Shown here: in pieces, positions 11,531 through 24,871 of the stretch
Numbering within the stretch: position 1 is the stretch's first letter
How the letters are laid out: each line of letters begins with the position of its first letter
Origin: Mantamonas sphyraenae STR306
Lineage: Eukaryota > Protista > CRuMs
Direction of reading: 5' to 3'
NCBI GenBank assembly: GCA_026936335.1
Contig: JAPMXV010000056.1
Span: forward strand, 62,001-126,000
DNA: 64,000 bases
Notes under the pieces: model-generated
Database searches by the model: none
What the model saw: the letters and a program-made list of their open reading frames with translations, nothing else
What the model was told of the DNA's origin: nothing
Position numbers and translations under genes: made by a program

Positions 11531-12298
11531 ATGATCAAGCACGTCATCATTGTCGTTGCAGTGATAGCCTGCACGCTGTCGTTTATTGGCGCGCCCAAAA
11601 ACACGCGCTCGGAATCGTTCATCCAGGAGCGCATGGGCAAGCTGTTCAAGACCAAGCACGCCATGGTAGGATTCCTCCTTATCCACGCACAGTTGGAGCG
11701 CGACACGCGATCGCTGGTCGACCTGGCAAAGAACGAAAGCTGGTTTGCAAACAAGGAGTCCATGCGCCCGCTGTGCGACCACCAGGAGTACGCCATCAGG
11801 TGGTTGCATGTACACCACGATGGCGAGGACAGCTTTTGGTTCAAGATCAAGGAGGTGACACAGGATGCAGACACAGAGGCCTTGATGCACGATCACACCG
11901 AGGTCAACTCCCTCTGCTCTGCTCTTTCGTCCATGTGTGCTTCCGACTCTGTGCCCACCCAGGCCGAGTACACAGCTGTGGCCCAGAAGCTTGTCGACAA
12001 GCTGGTGCCCCACCTGCGCCAGGAAGAGGAGGGCTTTGCCAAGGTCATGAACAAGATGCCCTTCAAGACCCAGCTCGAGTATCTCACCGAGTTTCTGGAG
12101 AAGGAACACGACGGCCTCAGTTTCATGGATGCCGGCATGCACCTGTGCTACCCGCTCCTCGCTGCTACCACCCAGGAGGAGGCTGACTTTATCCGTACCG
12201 AGCTTCCTGCCATCGTACGCCTCTTTTACTGGTACATCTGGAAGCCCTCCCTCAAGACGCGTCTGCCTGCGCTCACTCGACAGCTGTACGGGTTGTGA
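11531..12298 (+). CDS. Hemerythrin (HHE) domain protein with an N-terminal hydrophobic segment
   Basis: Metal-ligand pattern IHAQLERD, HHDGED, DH and HLRQEE; MIKHVIIVVAVIACTLSF is a signal or TM segment. Confidence 0.8.
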   Translation: MIKHVIIVVAVIACTLSFIGAPKNTRSESFIQERMGKLFKTKHAMVGFLLIHAQLERDTRSLVDLAKNESWFANKESMRPLCDHQEYAIRWLHVHHDGEDSFWFKIKEVTQDADTEALMHDHTEVNSLCSALSSMCASDSVPTQAEYTAVAQKLVDKLVPHLRQEEEGFAKVMNKMPFKTQLEYLTEFLEKEHDGLSFMDAGMHLCYPLLAATTQEEADFIRTELPAIVRLFYWYIWKPSLKTRLPALTRQLYGL

Positions 12299-12312
12299 AC
12301 AAAGGTAATCCG

Positions 12313-13005
12313 TCATGTTTTCCTCTGTTTGCCGGCTGCCTTGCCTTTGCCACCTGCCTGCGCCTGCGCCTTGGCCAGCAGATGCTCAATCTGGTGTTTC
12401 AGAACAGGCTGCCCTTTCTTGGTCCGCCTCAGCATGCGGCTGCGCTTCATCTCCCGCTCTTTTGACTTTTGCCGCGCTCGCTTCTTGTCCTTTTTGATCT
12501 GCTCGAATGCTGCCGCCTTCTCCGCTGCCACCTTGGCCTTTTCCGCCTCTTTCTTCTCTTTCTGCAGCGCCAGCCACTCCTTGCGCCCCATGGGTTTCTT
12601 CGTGTCCCTTCCTTTGCCCTTCTCTTGCTTGTTTCCAACACTGCGGCGTTGCACCTGGGTGCTTGGCTGGGCATTGGCCCCCTGTTCCTCGCTGCGGCTG
12701 CGTTTGCTTTCTCGCCCCAAGTTCAGGCTTAGCTCCACGCCCTCGTCCTCAGACTCTGCCTCGGACTCTGACCCTTCGTTTTGCTTCTCTCTCTTGCGCT
12801 TCCGCCTCTTTGCTGTCCCTTGCCCAGCTTCTGTGCTTCCGTCAACCGCGCCGCGGACTTTGCTTTTCCGCACCTCCGTCTTGGCCCGTTTCAGCCGACG
12901 CAGAAGCATTCGCTTCCTATGTGCCTCTTTCTGCAGCTTCTTCTGCACAAACGTGTTGTTTTTGGGCATCCTACCCTTGCGTTTTGCTTCTCCGTCTCCG
13001 CTCAT
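12313..13005 (-). CDS. Fyv7/TAP26 (CCDC59)-like rRNA-processing protein
   Basis: Lysine-rich, with C-terminal RRTKKGQPVLKHQIEHLLAK. Confidence 0.75.
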   Translation of the reverse strand: MSGDGEAKRKGRMPKNNTFVQKKLQKEAHRKRMLLRRLKRAKTEVRKSKVRGAVDGSTEAGQGTAKRRKRKREKQNEGSESEAESEDEGVELSLNLGRESKRSRSEEQGANAQPSTQVQRRSVGNKQEKGKGRDTKKPMGRKEWLALQKEKKEAEKAKVAAEKAAAFEQIKKDKKRARQKSKEREMKRSRMLRRTKKGQPVLKHQIEHLLAKAQAQAGGKGKAAGKQRKT

Positions 13006-13216
13006 GCTTCCCGTCACACAAGGTTTTCCTGGGAGCCCACGAGCACGACACGACACGACACACACATGGACAACACCCTTCACTCATCTATCATCTATCT
13101 TGTCTTTCATTGACTGCAGGCGCTGCTGGCCCTCCGTTGGCTGCAGCGGCACCTTGCCCGGATTGGATTCTCCCTCCTCCTCCCTCCTTCCTCGCCGTGC
13201 CACAGAGACAAGCAAA

Positions 13217-16200
13217 TCAAGGCTCGCCAGTGTTGTACATGGCATTGCCCTGCCAGCCACCGGTGCCCTCGTGCAAGGGGTTGTCGGTGAATGCCGCATC
13301 CGGCACCGCCTCGTGGTTGAGGATCTCTGCGTCCTTGGCTGCGCCAAAGTAGCGCAGTCCCTTGAAAGCTGCGGCGGCGCCGATCACGCCAGCTGCGGCA
13401 GCGCCCGCCATCTCGGGCACAAAGTTGTTCACCGGCTCAAAGTCGGCTGCCTTGGGCGACACCTTGACTGTGATGGTCTTGCTGTCCTCCAAAGGAGTGC
13501 CCTGAAGGCGACGGTCCGACTGCGAGAAGCCGTTGTCATTCACCGTGATCGTAATCGTCTCCTCCGTCGTCTTGTTGTCGGCCAGCTCGCCCAACACGTA
13601 AAACAGGCGCGACAGAGCCTCGTTCACGGCGGCAATGGGGCCGTTGTACACCTGCGTGTTGGCGTCGGTGGACACCACGCTCAGACGGTTGTCGCCCAGC
13701 GTCAGGTTCGACTTGGCGTTGGTCTTGGACAGCGTCAGCGTCACCTCGTGCACGCCAGAGTCCACGTCCGTGGCAGTCACGTTGGTCAGAGCAACCTGCT
13801 CGCCAACCGTCGTGCTGAACGAGTCCTTCAGCACAGTCACCACCGGTGCGTCGTTCTGTCCGCTCACAATCACAACCGTCTTCCATGGCTGCTGCGCATC
13901 CGCCACGCCGTCGTTCACCGTCCATTCGATCAGGTCGCGTCCGTAGTAAGTTGGCATCCGGCACATACATGGCACGCGTGTCTCCCGTCTCATAGCGAGC
14001 AGGGCTGCCCGTGGCTTGCAGCGGTTGGCCCACGCCGTTGGCTGCCGTGGCGTCAAACGCATGCATGCGGCCATGTGTGGGTGCCTTCAGAATCACCAGA
14101 TGCGGCGGGTTGTTGGGTCCGTCCTCGTCCACACCGTTTACGGTCAGCAGCTTGGGCGTGTCTTCAGGCGTCACCAGGAACGCCACAGGGGAGTACACAG
14201 GCAGATCGTTCACCGGGTTCACGTCGATCTGCACCTCCACCTCGGGGCTCGTTTCGATGCCGTCTGTGGCCGTGAAGCGCAGGCGCGCGTAGTCCGTGCC
14301 GTGCTCGTTGCGGCCGGCCTGGAATGTCACCAACCCCTGGTCCGAGGTCACAAGCGCAGGCGCAGACGTGATCTGGGTGCCGTCGCTCTGCATCAACGTG
14401 CAGCGCGGGCGCGGCGCCGCAAACGTCAGGCACGTGGGAACTTGCGTGATGGTCAGGTTCAGCACCGGCTGCGTGCCGGCCGGGAAGTCGTCGTCGGCAC
14501 CGTTCAACTTGACAATCAGCTGAAAGTCCTCGTCCACGCTCACCGGCGAGTCGGCAAACGCACGCGGCGGGTCCTGCACGGACGTTACGTTGATGGTGGC
14601 CGTCTGCAGCGCACTGTCCACGCCCGACGAGTCGCGCACCAGAAAGTTGAACGTCACGTAGGGAGCGCCGTGTTCGTTGGCCACAGGCTCGTAGATGAGC
14701 TTGCGTGCCGTGTTGACCACCGTCACCTCGCCCTCGGCGCTCATGTTCACCGCAGCGCCGCGCGTCACTCCGTCGGCAGCCACCTGGTACAGCTGTCCCT
14801 TGGATGGCAGCGAGTCCAGCACGGCAATCACACTGTCGCCCGTGTCGATGTCGCTACCGGGGAACGTCAGCACCACCGCGGTGTCCTCGTTCGTCACCAC
14901 GCCCACATCCTGGCTCGTGGGTGCGTCGTTCACGGGCTCCACCACCACGTTCACCTGGAATGCATCCGAGTCCAGGTTGTCGCCGTCGCGCACCTTGAAA
15001 GAGAACGACGTCAGCGGCTGTGTCGACGGGTCCGAGTGTGCGTTGGCAGGCGGCACGTACGTCACGCGTCGTGCGCCGTCTGTAACCTGGTCGTTCACGG
15101 CAAGCGGCGTGCCAGACGTGGCGGCGCCGTTGTACAGGTTGCCCTGCGCCGGTACCGCCGTGATGATCCACGTCAGGCCAGCCACTGCAGTCTCCACATC
15201 CGAGCCCTTGAGCTCCATGGTCACGTGCGAGTCTTCCAGAGTGTTCACTGGCGTCGCTGCAACCGCCGTCGGTTTGTCGTTCACAGGTGTGATCGTCATC
15301 GACGCCTGCGCAGTCGCAGACGGCGTTCCGTCGTCCACCTGGAAGCTGAATGTCTCGGCACCGTTGTAGTTGGTGTCCGGCACATACTTCAGGCGCTTGC
15401 CCAGCGGAGTGGTCGTGCTCGCCGTCACCGCCGCAGGCACGCTGGTGATCTGCGTTGTCTCTGTGCCGCTGCCGTCCACCTGGAACAGGCGGCCGTTGAG
15501 AGGCAGCTCGGTGACAGATGCGTCCATGGTGCCCGTCTGGTCGATCGACGTGCCCGTCAGCGTAATCAGGATGCTTCCGTCCTCCGACAGCGTGGCCGGG
15601 TTCGGCTGGAAGGCAGGCGTGGGCGCATCGGGCACGCTGGACACGACAATGTTCACCGTAAACGGGTCCGAGTCTTGCGTGCCTGCGTCACCGCTGTTGT
15701 CACGCACCCTAAACGCAAACGAGGCGTAGGTGGCGCCAGCAGGAGAACTGTGTGCGTTGGCGGGCGGCTTGTACCACACCTTCTTGGAAGCCACCGTGTC
15801 TGACACGGACAGCACGGCGCCGGCTGCGTTCTGCTGGCGGAATTGGCCGCCGTTGGCAGTCAGTGATGTGATGATGGCTGTGGTCGGGTTTCCGTCCACG
15901 TCCGAGCCCACCAGATCGACAACCACCTCGCCGTCCTCGACCATGACCACAGGGGTCAGGGCGCTGGCCACGGGCTTGTCGTTCACAGGGGTCACGTCCA
16001 CCGTCACGGTGGCCGGCGACGAGTAGCCAGAATCGCCGACGTCTGCCAGTGCAAACTGAAAGGTGTCGTACGAGTTGCCGTTGCCGTTGGGCGCCGGCGC
16101 AAAGATGACCTTGCCCGAGAAGCTGGCTGCGTTTGTCACAATGGTGTTTGTGGCCGTGATGGCGGCGCCACGTGCGTCGCCCGCAGTGGCTTGGTACAGG

Positions 16201-19200
16201 GTGCCCTTGGTGGGCAGGCTGGTGATGCGGAAGTTCTTGAACGCCTTGCCATCGTTGGACGAGCCGGTGATGGTGATCAGCCGGTCCGTGTCCTCGTTCG
16301 TGCTCACCGTCTGTGCGTTGGCCGTGGGCTTGTCCAGGATGCTGTTTCGCACGTTGATGGTGGTTGTGGCCACGTTGGCCGACTGGGCGCCCTGCGGGTC
16401 GGTCCAACGGTAGGTGAAGGTGTCGAACGCGTCACCAAAGGCAACCAGAGTGCTGTTGTAGATGACGCGGTTGTTGGAGTCGGTCACTGCCGTGTTGCTG
16501 CCTGTGATCTCGGCGCCACGCACGTTGCCCGTTGTCCACTGGTAGAGCTTGCCCTTGGTGCCTGGCACGCTGGTCACAATGACCGAACTACCCGGGGCGT
16601 TGGAGGCGCCCGGGCTGTCCACGTCAGTGGCACGCAGCTGGATGACGGTCTCTGCGCGCTCGTCCACGTTGACGGTCTGGTCGAGAGCCACAGGGGCGTC
16701 GTTGACCGGCGTCAGGTTAATGGGCACGTTGACCGAGGCCGACGCGACGCCGTCCTCCACGCGGAAGTCGAACGAGGCCACGGCCCCGTTGTCGTTAAGG
16801 TCCGGCACGTACATGATCTGCTTGGAGGCCACGTTGAAGGTGGCCGGCACAGAGTTGATGACGTTCCCAAGGGTGGCGCCAGTGCGCTCGCGAAGGGTGC
16901 CCTTGGCAGGCAGGGTTTCGATGACGACCTTGTTGACGGTGCGCAGGGGCGCGTCGATGCTGTTGCCGGTGAGCGTGAGCTGCAGGTTGGTGTCCTCGGT
17001 TCCCTGGGCAGGGTTCGGTGTGTAGCTTGCCGTAGGCGGGTCGATGGTGTTCTGCACGTTGATGGTCACCGTGACAATGGACGACTCTGCATTCAGGTTG
17101 TCCGCGACCTTGAAACGGAAGGTGGCGTAGTTGAGGCCAAACTCGTCCGAGTTGCTGTTGTACGCAATGTAGGCCTTGTTGTTGCTCTGGAACGTGACAA
17201 CGGTGTTGTCGCCGATGGTGGCGCCTGCGTTCTTGGTGCTGGTGCCTGTGCACTGGTACATGATGCCCTTGGCTGGAGCCTGGACGATGGTGTACGTGAA
17301 CGAGGTGCTGTCGACGTCAAAGGCGCTGAGCTCGATAAAGGCGTCAACCTGCTCCTTGACTGTGACCGGGTTTGCGGCAATGCGTGCCTGGGGCGGATCG
17401 TTGACCGGGTTGACGTTGACGCTGACAGTCTTGGAAACGCTCCACAGGGACTGGTCGTCGCGCAGCTGGTAACCGAAGCTGGTGTAGCCGTTTCCGTTTG
17501 CGTTGAGCGGGGCACGGTACTTGATGCGGCGTTGCGAATCAGTGACGGTTGTGCCCACCGAGGTGATGGGCGTGTTGTCGTATTGCATGAGGGTGCCGCG
17601 GTTGGGCAGCACACTGATGCGTGCGGTAAAGGCAGTGAATCCTTCTGGGTCGGTGCCTGTGAGGGTGCCGACAATGGTGGTGTCCTCGTCGCCCGTGATG
17701 GCGTTGAGGGTGCCCACAGGCGGGTCGGGTTTCTCGATGACGTTGACGCGAATGCGCTTGGGGAACGACGAGAGCTGGACGAGTTCAAGGAGCGAATCAT
17801 AGCTCCTGACACTCATGTAGGTGTACGGAGAGCCGCTCTGGCCGGTCACAGGCTCATACCAAAAGCGGTTGTTGTCGAGGTAGGTGCTTGTGCTTGTGAT
17901 CTGCGTGGTGCCGTCGTCCTGGTACACCTTACCCTTGGCGGGCATCTCGGTGATGCGGTAGCGGAGCGAGTTGCCGTCGGGGTCGGAGCCGGAAAGAGCG
18001 ACGCGCACGCGCGAGTCCTCGTCGACCTGTACGGTGGATGGGGCCACGACATCGGGATGCAAGTTGACGTCCACGTTGATGGTGATCAGTCCGATGCCGA
18101 GCACGCCGATGACGACCTGACCGTTGACGCGAGCACCCTTGGTGGCGTAGCCGAGCTTGATGGAGAAGGTCTTGGACGTCTCCCAAGACTGAGCCAGCTG
18201 GGTGGAAGGCTGGGGAGCCTGCATCACAAAGCCCTGCGGATCACTCTTGACGGTGGCGACAATGGACGTGCGGATGTCGTCCAGGCCACTGCGGATGGCA
18301 GAAATGAGGTTGCTACTGCTGCTGCTGAGGGTTGTGGCGGCACCAAAGCCGAGCTTGGTGACCAGGCCCTGGTAGGTGGCCAGCACATTGGAAGTGACGC
18401 AAAAGATGGGCACGATGTTGGCGTCGATCAGGGCCTGGCGGACCTGGCTGACGCTGGGATAATCCTCGTTGCTCGAAACGACTCCGTCGCCGTCGTTTGA
18501 ACGCCACGAGCTGTAGTAGCGCTTGCCATCGCCTGCCTGGTGGTAGGCGGCATCGGTGGAGAGGACAATGATGCGTCGCGAGTTTGTGCGGAAGCCCGCA
18601 GAGCTGGCAGCGCGACGGGCGACCTGCAGCAGACCGGTGAGCTGTGCCTCCGGGCTGTCACCTCCGCTCTTGACACGAAGGCCGTTGACGGCGTTCTGGA
18701 GCACGCTGGTGTAGGACGTCATGGGCACGTGCGTCTTGTACTCGTAGTCGCCGCTGCGTCCAAAGGGACTGTTGGGCTTGTCGATGTACGAGCCGAGGCC
18801 AAACCAGGCGTCGGAGTACTCCCTGCGCACGTCACGCACGAGGGCGGTGACCATGTTGCGCAGGTTGTAGAGATCATCACCGAAGGAGCCGGAAAGATCC
18901 TCGAGGAGGAAGATGTCCAGGGCGGTGGTACTCTTGGGTTGAATCTTGACTTGGAAATTCTGGGTCAGAACGGACCCGCCGGCGCTGGTGGGCTTGAGCC
19001 ACACGTTGAGCGTCTGCGGGACGAGAGCTACGCCGTTGGAAGAAGACTTGACGTAGGAGTCGGTGTTTGGGTCGACTGCAGGAGGGTTGCAAGGGGCGGC
19101 GCGGGTCAGGATAAGCTGCGCGCAGCCCAGAGGGGAAAAAAATGGGCACACAATTTTGTTTGTTGTGTGTCCGGACAAACCAAAGGGGGTTGGGGTAGAG

Positions 19201-19461
19201 ACATGCAGGCGAGACGGGGCGTGGTGCGTGTGTGTGTGTGTGTGCAGGCGGTCACAATGGGTGGGGAGGACGGGCGATGCCCGTATGCAAGTGCGTGGCG
19301 AACAGCAAGCGGGGCAGAGCAAGGCATTCACCAGCTGGGCTCCGAGCGGGGCAAAACACGCCGGAATAAGGCACCGGGTGGGGTACGAGCGACTCACCTG
19401 CACTAACAACGCCCACAAGGAGCGACACTGCAACAATCAAGACCGTGAACTTTGTGTTCAT
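13217..19461 (-). CDS. Integrin-beta-like / Sib-like adhesion receptor: signal peptide, beta-I (VWA) domain, 13 cadherin-like repeats, TM and NPxY-like tail; frame break near 13950
   Basis: Exon 1 (19461-19398) encodes the signal peptide; intron 19397-19076. MIDAS DLSGS plus FGLGSYIDKP, DSPEA, STDAAYHQAGDGK and DYPS. VND.P....ED repeats follow, then TM AGAAAAGVIGAAAAF and tail motifs NPLH/NAMY. Confidence 0.88.
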
Positions 19462-19662
19462 CTCGGTCAAAAGTTCGTTGGAGTGGGTAGGAAAAAACTG
19501 TGGACGAGCTTTCGCGTGGCATGGTTGATGATGAAGAGTGGAGGATTGGGAGGCACACATGGGGAGTGTGAGAGTGTGACGCATGTGGGAAGTGGCGGTC
19601 AACACTGCAATGTGTGCGGGGGCACTCGTGGAAGCACCGCAAACGCAGACACATCAGCAGCA

Positions 19663-21662
19663 ATGAGCAGCGCAGCACAGAGCTTTGGCATCAAGACATT
19701 TGGCGACATGCAGACGGAGCAGTACCGTCTGTTCTTCAGTACGTGGCAAAGTGTGGCACTGGGGGAAGTTGAGCGCGTTTGTGGGAAAAGGTAGCGGGGG
19801 GCTGACACAAGCACATGGTTTGACGACGGTGCGGGGTCGCAGCGAACGCTGAGGGCAAGGCCATCTCGCCTTTCCATGACATCCCGCTGGAGGCCGGCGA
19901 GGGTGTGTTCAACATGGTGTGCGAAATCCCAAAGTGGACGAACCGCAAGTTTGAGATTGCCACGGGCGAAGAGCTGAACCCGATCAAGCAGGACACGAAG
20001 AAGGGCAAGCTGCGATCTGTGGCTGACGTGCAGCCGTTCAAGGGCTACCCGTGGAACTACGGCGCGTTCCCGCAAACGTGGGAGGACCCGAGCCACACGA
20101 ACGAGGCCACACAGGCGCTGGGAGACAACGATCCGCTGGACGTTTGCGAAATCGGTGAGTTTTTTGGCAGTGGAGAAGCTCACGGCCACACGCACGAGCA
20201 CTGACACAGACAACGCCACAGGCGAGGCACAGGGATTCTCGGGCCAGATCAAGCAGGTCAAGGTGCTGGGCTGTCTGGCCATGATTGACGACGGTAAGGC
20301 GCAGGGCGGAGGAAAACTCACGGGAGGGTTTTGCTTGCGAACGGGATGAAGAGACAGTGGAGGGTGCTAACAACAACAACACAACGCACTCTTGGCGCCC
20401 ACGGATGGCGGTACCAACACACACACACACACACACACATGGGTGTACACACGCAATGGCTGACAGGTGAAACGGATTGGAAGGTGCTTGCGCTGGACGT
20501 GAACGACCCGCTTGCGAGCCAGGTGAACAACCTGGCCGACGTGGAGGAGTACTTCCCGGGCGTGCTGGAGGCCACCTACCAGTGGTTCCGCACCTACAAG
20601 ATCCCTGCGGGCAAGCCGGAGAATGCGTTTGCCTTTGACGGCGAGTGGAAGGACGTGGAGTACACGTTGGACGTGGTCAAGGAGAACAACGAGTTCTGGA
20701 AGCGTCTGATCAGCATGAGCGTGGAGGAGGCCAAGGAATTCAAGATGTGCACGGTGAACGCCACGGTGGAGGGAAGCCCGGGCCTGACCAGCGATGCCGA
20801 CGCCCTGGCAACAGGCGACGAGTTCATCGGACCTGCGGAGAAGCAGGCTGCGGACGAGCTGACCATGACGCCGAGCCTGTACACGGGTGTGCTGCAGCGC
20901 ACGTCGATGTTTGGCAACTCGGACCTGCAGAGCGTGGCGGCGTCTGTGGAGCAGGCTGTGGCGGAAGCTGTGAAGAACGGCTCGCCGAGCCAGGAGGCTG
21001 TGGTGGCCGCTCTGGATGCAAACGACGCCGTGGGCCTGATTGTGTACAACGGTGAGGCACAGGTGAGCGAGTACAACAAGGAGCGCTACGTGCAGGCCCT
21101 GCTGGTGACGGTGAACGCAGACGAGTCGTCGCTTGTGTTTGGTGTGTACGAGCGCCGTCGCACGGACCTGCAGAAGGAGGTGAGCGAGACGGAGCTGGAG
21201 GGACGCAGCGGCAAGGACTTGATCGCAGCTGGGTACAGCGTGCTGGCCAACCAGGGCGCCAACCTGGTGTTTGCGGCAGGCAAGAGCTGCCAGAACACAG
21301 GCAGCCGCCCGTCGGTGAACACGTACGTGTACGACAGCTGGCGTGAGTTGTTTGCGCTGTGCAAGACCAACCTGAGCATGTCCACGTTTGGCGGTGCCGT
21401 GGCCATCAACACCAGCATCACGGGCCAGGACGGCGTCGTCGAACTGCCGCTGGGCCACCTGGTGGCGGATGTGAACACGCTGCTGAACTGCGGTGGTGTG
21501 TACGAGCAAGCCGAGGCTGTTGTGGATCTGCAGCAGGCTGCTGTGCTGGCCTACCTGGTGCAGGGTGCCGGCGGCGACGCAAAGAGCGGTGACCAGGCCG
21601 TCCAGGACATTGCCTTTGCTGCGGGCGAGCAGAAGGTGTCGTTCACTGCAGGCAACCTGTAA
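19663..21662 (+). CDS. PPA: Family I soluble inorganic pyrophosphatase fused to a C-terminal degenerate FBPase-like domain
   Basis: Motifs [59 protein letters not shown] and GETDWK. Introns 19739-19842, 20155-20221 and 20294-20466. Confidence 0.92.
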
Positions 21663-21715
21663 TGGAGCTGCTTTGCATGTGTTGCTGGACTGGTCTGCTG
21701 CTACGTGGAGCGTGA

Positions 21716-23648
<1,933 letters not shown>

Positions 23649-23692
23649 AATGGACGTCCCGACCTGCGCGCATCGGAGCATCGGAAACCATC

Positions 23693-24250
23693 ATGTTTGT
23701 TCGTAACGCCAGCAGCAAAGCAAGTGGAATTGTCACACGCAGCAGCGTGTCCATGGCCAGTCGCCCGTTTTCTGTGACCTGCCGTACGGAGAGCAGCACA
23801 GACGTCGCGAGTGCAACGTCGGAGCTTATCGGCGTTGGCCGGCTGAACCACGTGGCGATTGCCGTTCCGGACCTCCAGGCCAGCATGTCCCTGTACCGCG
23901 ACGTGCTTGGCGCCACCGTGAGCGAGCCTGAGGAGCAGCCCGAGCATGGCGTCTACACTGTGTTTGTGGATCTGAACGAGGGAGGCACGCGTTTGGAGCT
24001 GATTCATCCTCTGGGCGAAAAGTCTCCCATTGCCAACTTTTTGGAACGCAACCCGGCAGGAGGAATCCACCACATCTGCCTGGAGGTCGAAGACGTCACC
24101 AAGGCCATTGGCCAGCTCACAGACCGTGGCATGCGTGTCCTGATGACCGAGCCCAAGATTGGCGCACACGGAAACCCTGTGACGTTTATCCACCCCAAGG
24201 AAGTCAACGGCGTCCTGCTGGAACTGGAAGAGACGGGTCCGTGGAACTAG
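23693..24250 (+). CDS. MCEE: Methylmalonyl-CoA epimerase, mitochondrial
   Basis: Motifs GRLNHVAIAVPDL, EHGV, GGIHHICLEV and PKIGAHG.PV.FIHPK...GVLLELEE; Arg/Ser-rich presequence. Confidence 0.93.
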   Translation: MFVRNASSKASGIVTRSSVSMASRPFSVTCRTESSTDVASATSELIGVGRLNHVAIAVPDLQASMSLYRDVLGATVSEPEEQPEHGVYTVFVDLNEGGTRLELIHPLGEKSPIANFLERNPAGGIHHICLEVEDVTKAIGQLTDRGMRVLMTEPKIGAHGNPVTFIHPKEVNGVLLELEETGPWN

Positions 24251-24319
24251 ATCCACGTGGAACAAAGGTGCACGGAAGCCCAAGGGAGAACAAAATGAAA
24301 CGCTGTTTACTATGCCAGA

Positions 24320-24803
24320 TCAATGGTGCCCTGCCTGAGCAGCCATCTTTTCCGGGTTGGTCTTCCACTGGTAGTAGGCTGCATTTGACGGGGGGGGTGT
24401 TAGTATGTCCAGTATGTTGTGTTGGGTCACGGGCCTGCGCTGGCGTGTCAAGCAAGCACGCTGACGCCTTGCACGCAACGGGGAAAACGCAAGGAGGGCG
24501 CGGAAACGGACTTGAGTTGGCCTTGGCGGTCTCTGCGGGACGCACACGGACACACCAACGCCACGAAACGGACCATATGTGCAGCATAGCGGAAGTGTGA
24601 GTAAACATGACGTGGCCGGGCACATACGACGTCGCTGTCTGCGTCGAGGCGCAAACGGACACCCAGAGGGAAATTGCGTTTGCGCCTCGACGCCCTCTAT
24701 GCAACCTACCAGACGCATCCATGCTGCCGACGGCTGCCTCAACGGTGCCGAGGCCGACGAGCACAGGCCAGATTGCAACAAAGTACTTTGCGGTGTTGGG
24801 CAT
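24320..24803 (-). CDS. 57-aa single-pass microprotein, candidate ATP synthase subunit i/j (Atp18 / plant 6-kDa-like)
   Basis: Exons 24803-24710, 24532-24512 and 24378-24320 give MPNTAKYFVAIWPVLVGLGTVEAAVGSMDASETAKANSTYYQWKTNPEKMAAQAGHH. Both junctions are GT-AG in phase 1. Confidence 0.6.
24641..24693. repeat. Perfect 17-bp inverted repeat (hairpin) with a 19-nt loop, intronic
   Basis: GCGTCGAGGCGCAAACG (24641-24657) pairs with CGTTTGCGCCTCGACGC (24677-24693). Confidence 0.9.
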
Positions 24804-24871
24804 TGTGTGTGTTTTCTTGAGTTTATGATGCGTGGGCGGCCGCAAACAGCTCGCCGCCATGTCCCGGTCCC

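Noticed and set aside
14016-18500. Long plus-strand ORFs (595 aa, 769 aa) opposite the integrin-like gene, and similar ones opposite POLA1, PPase and the EH gene
   Set aside because: Antisense shadow frames produced by GC-rich codon bias; no recognisable domains.
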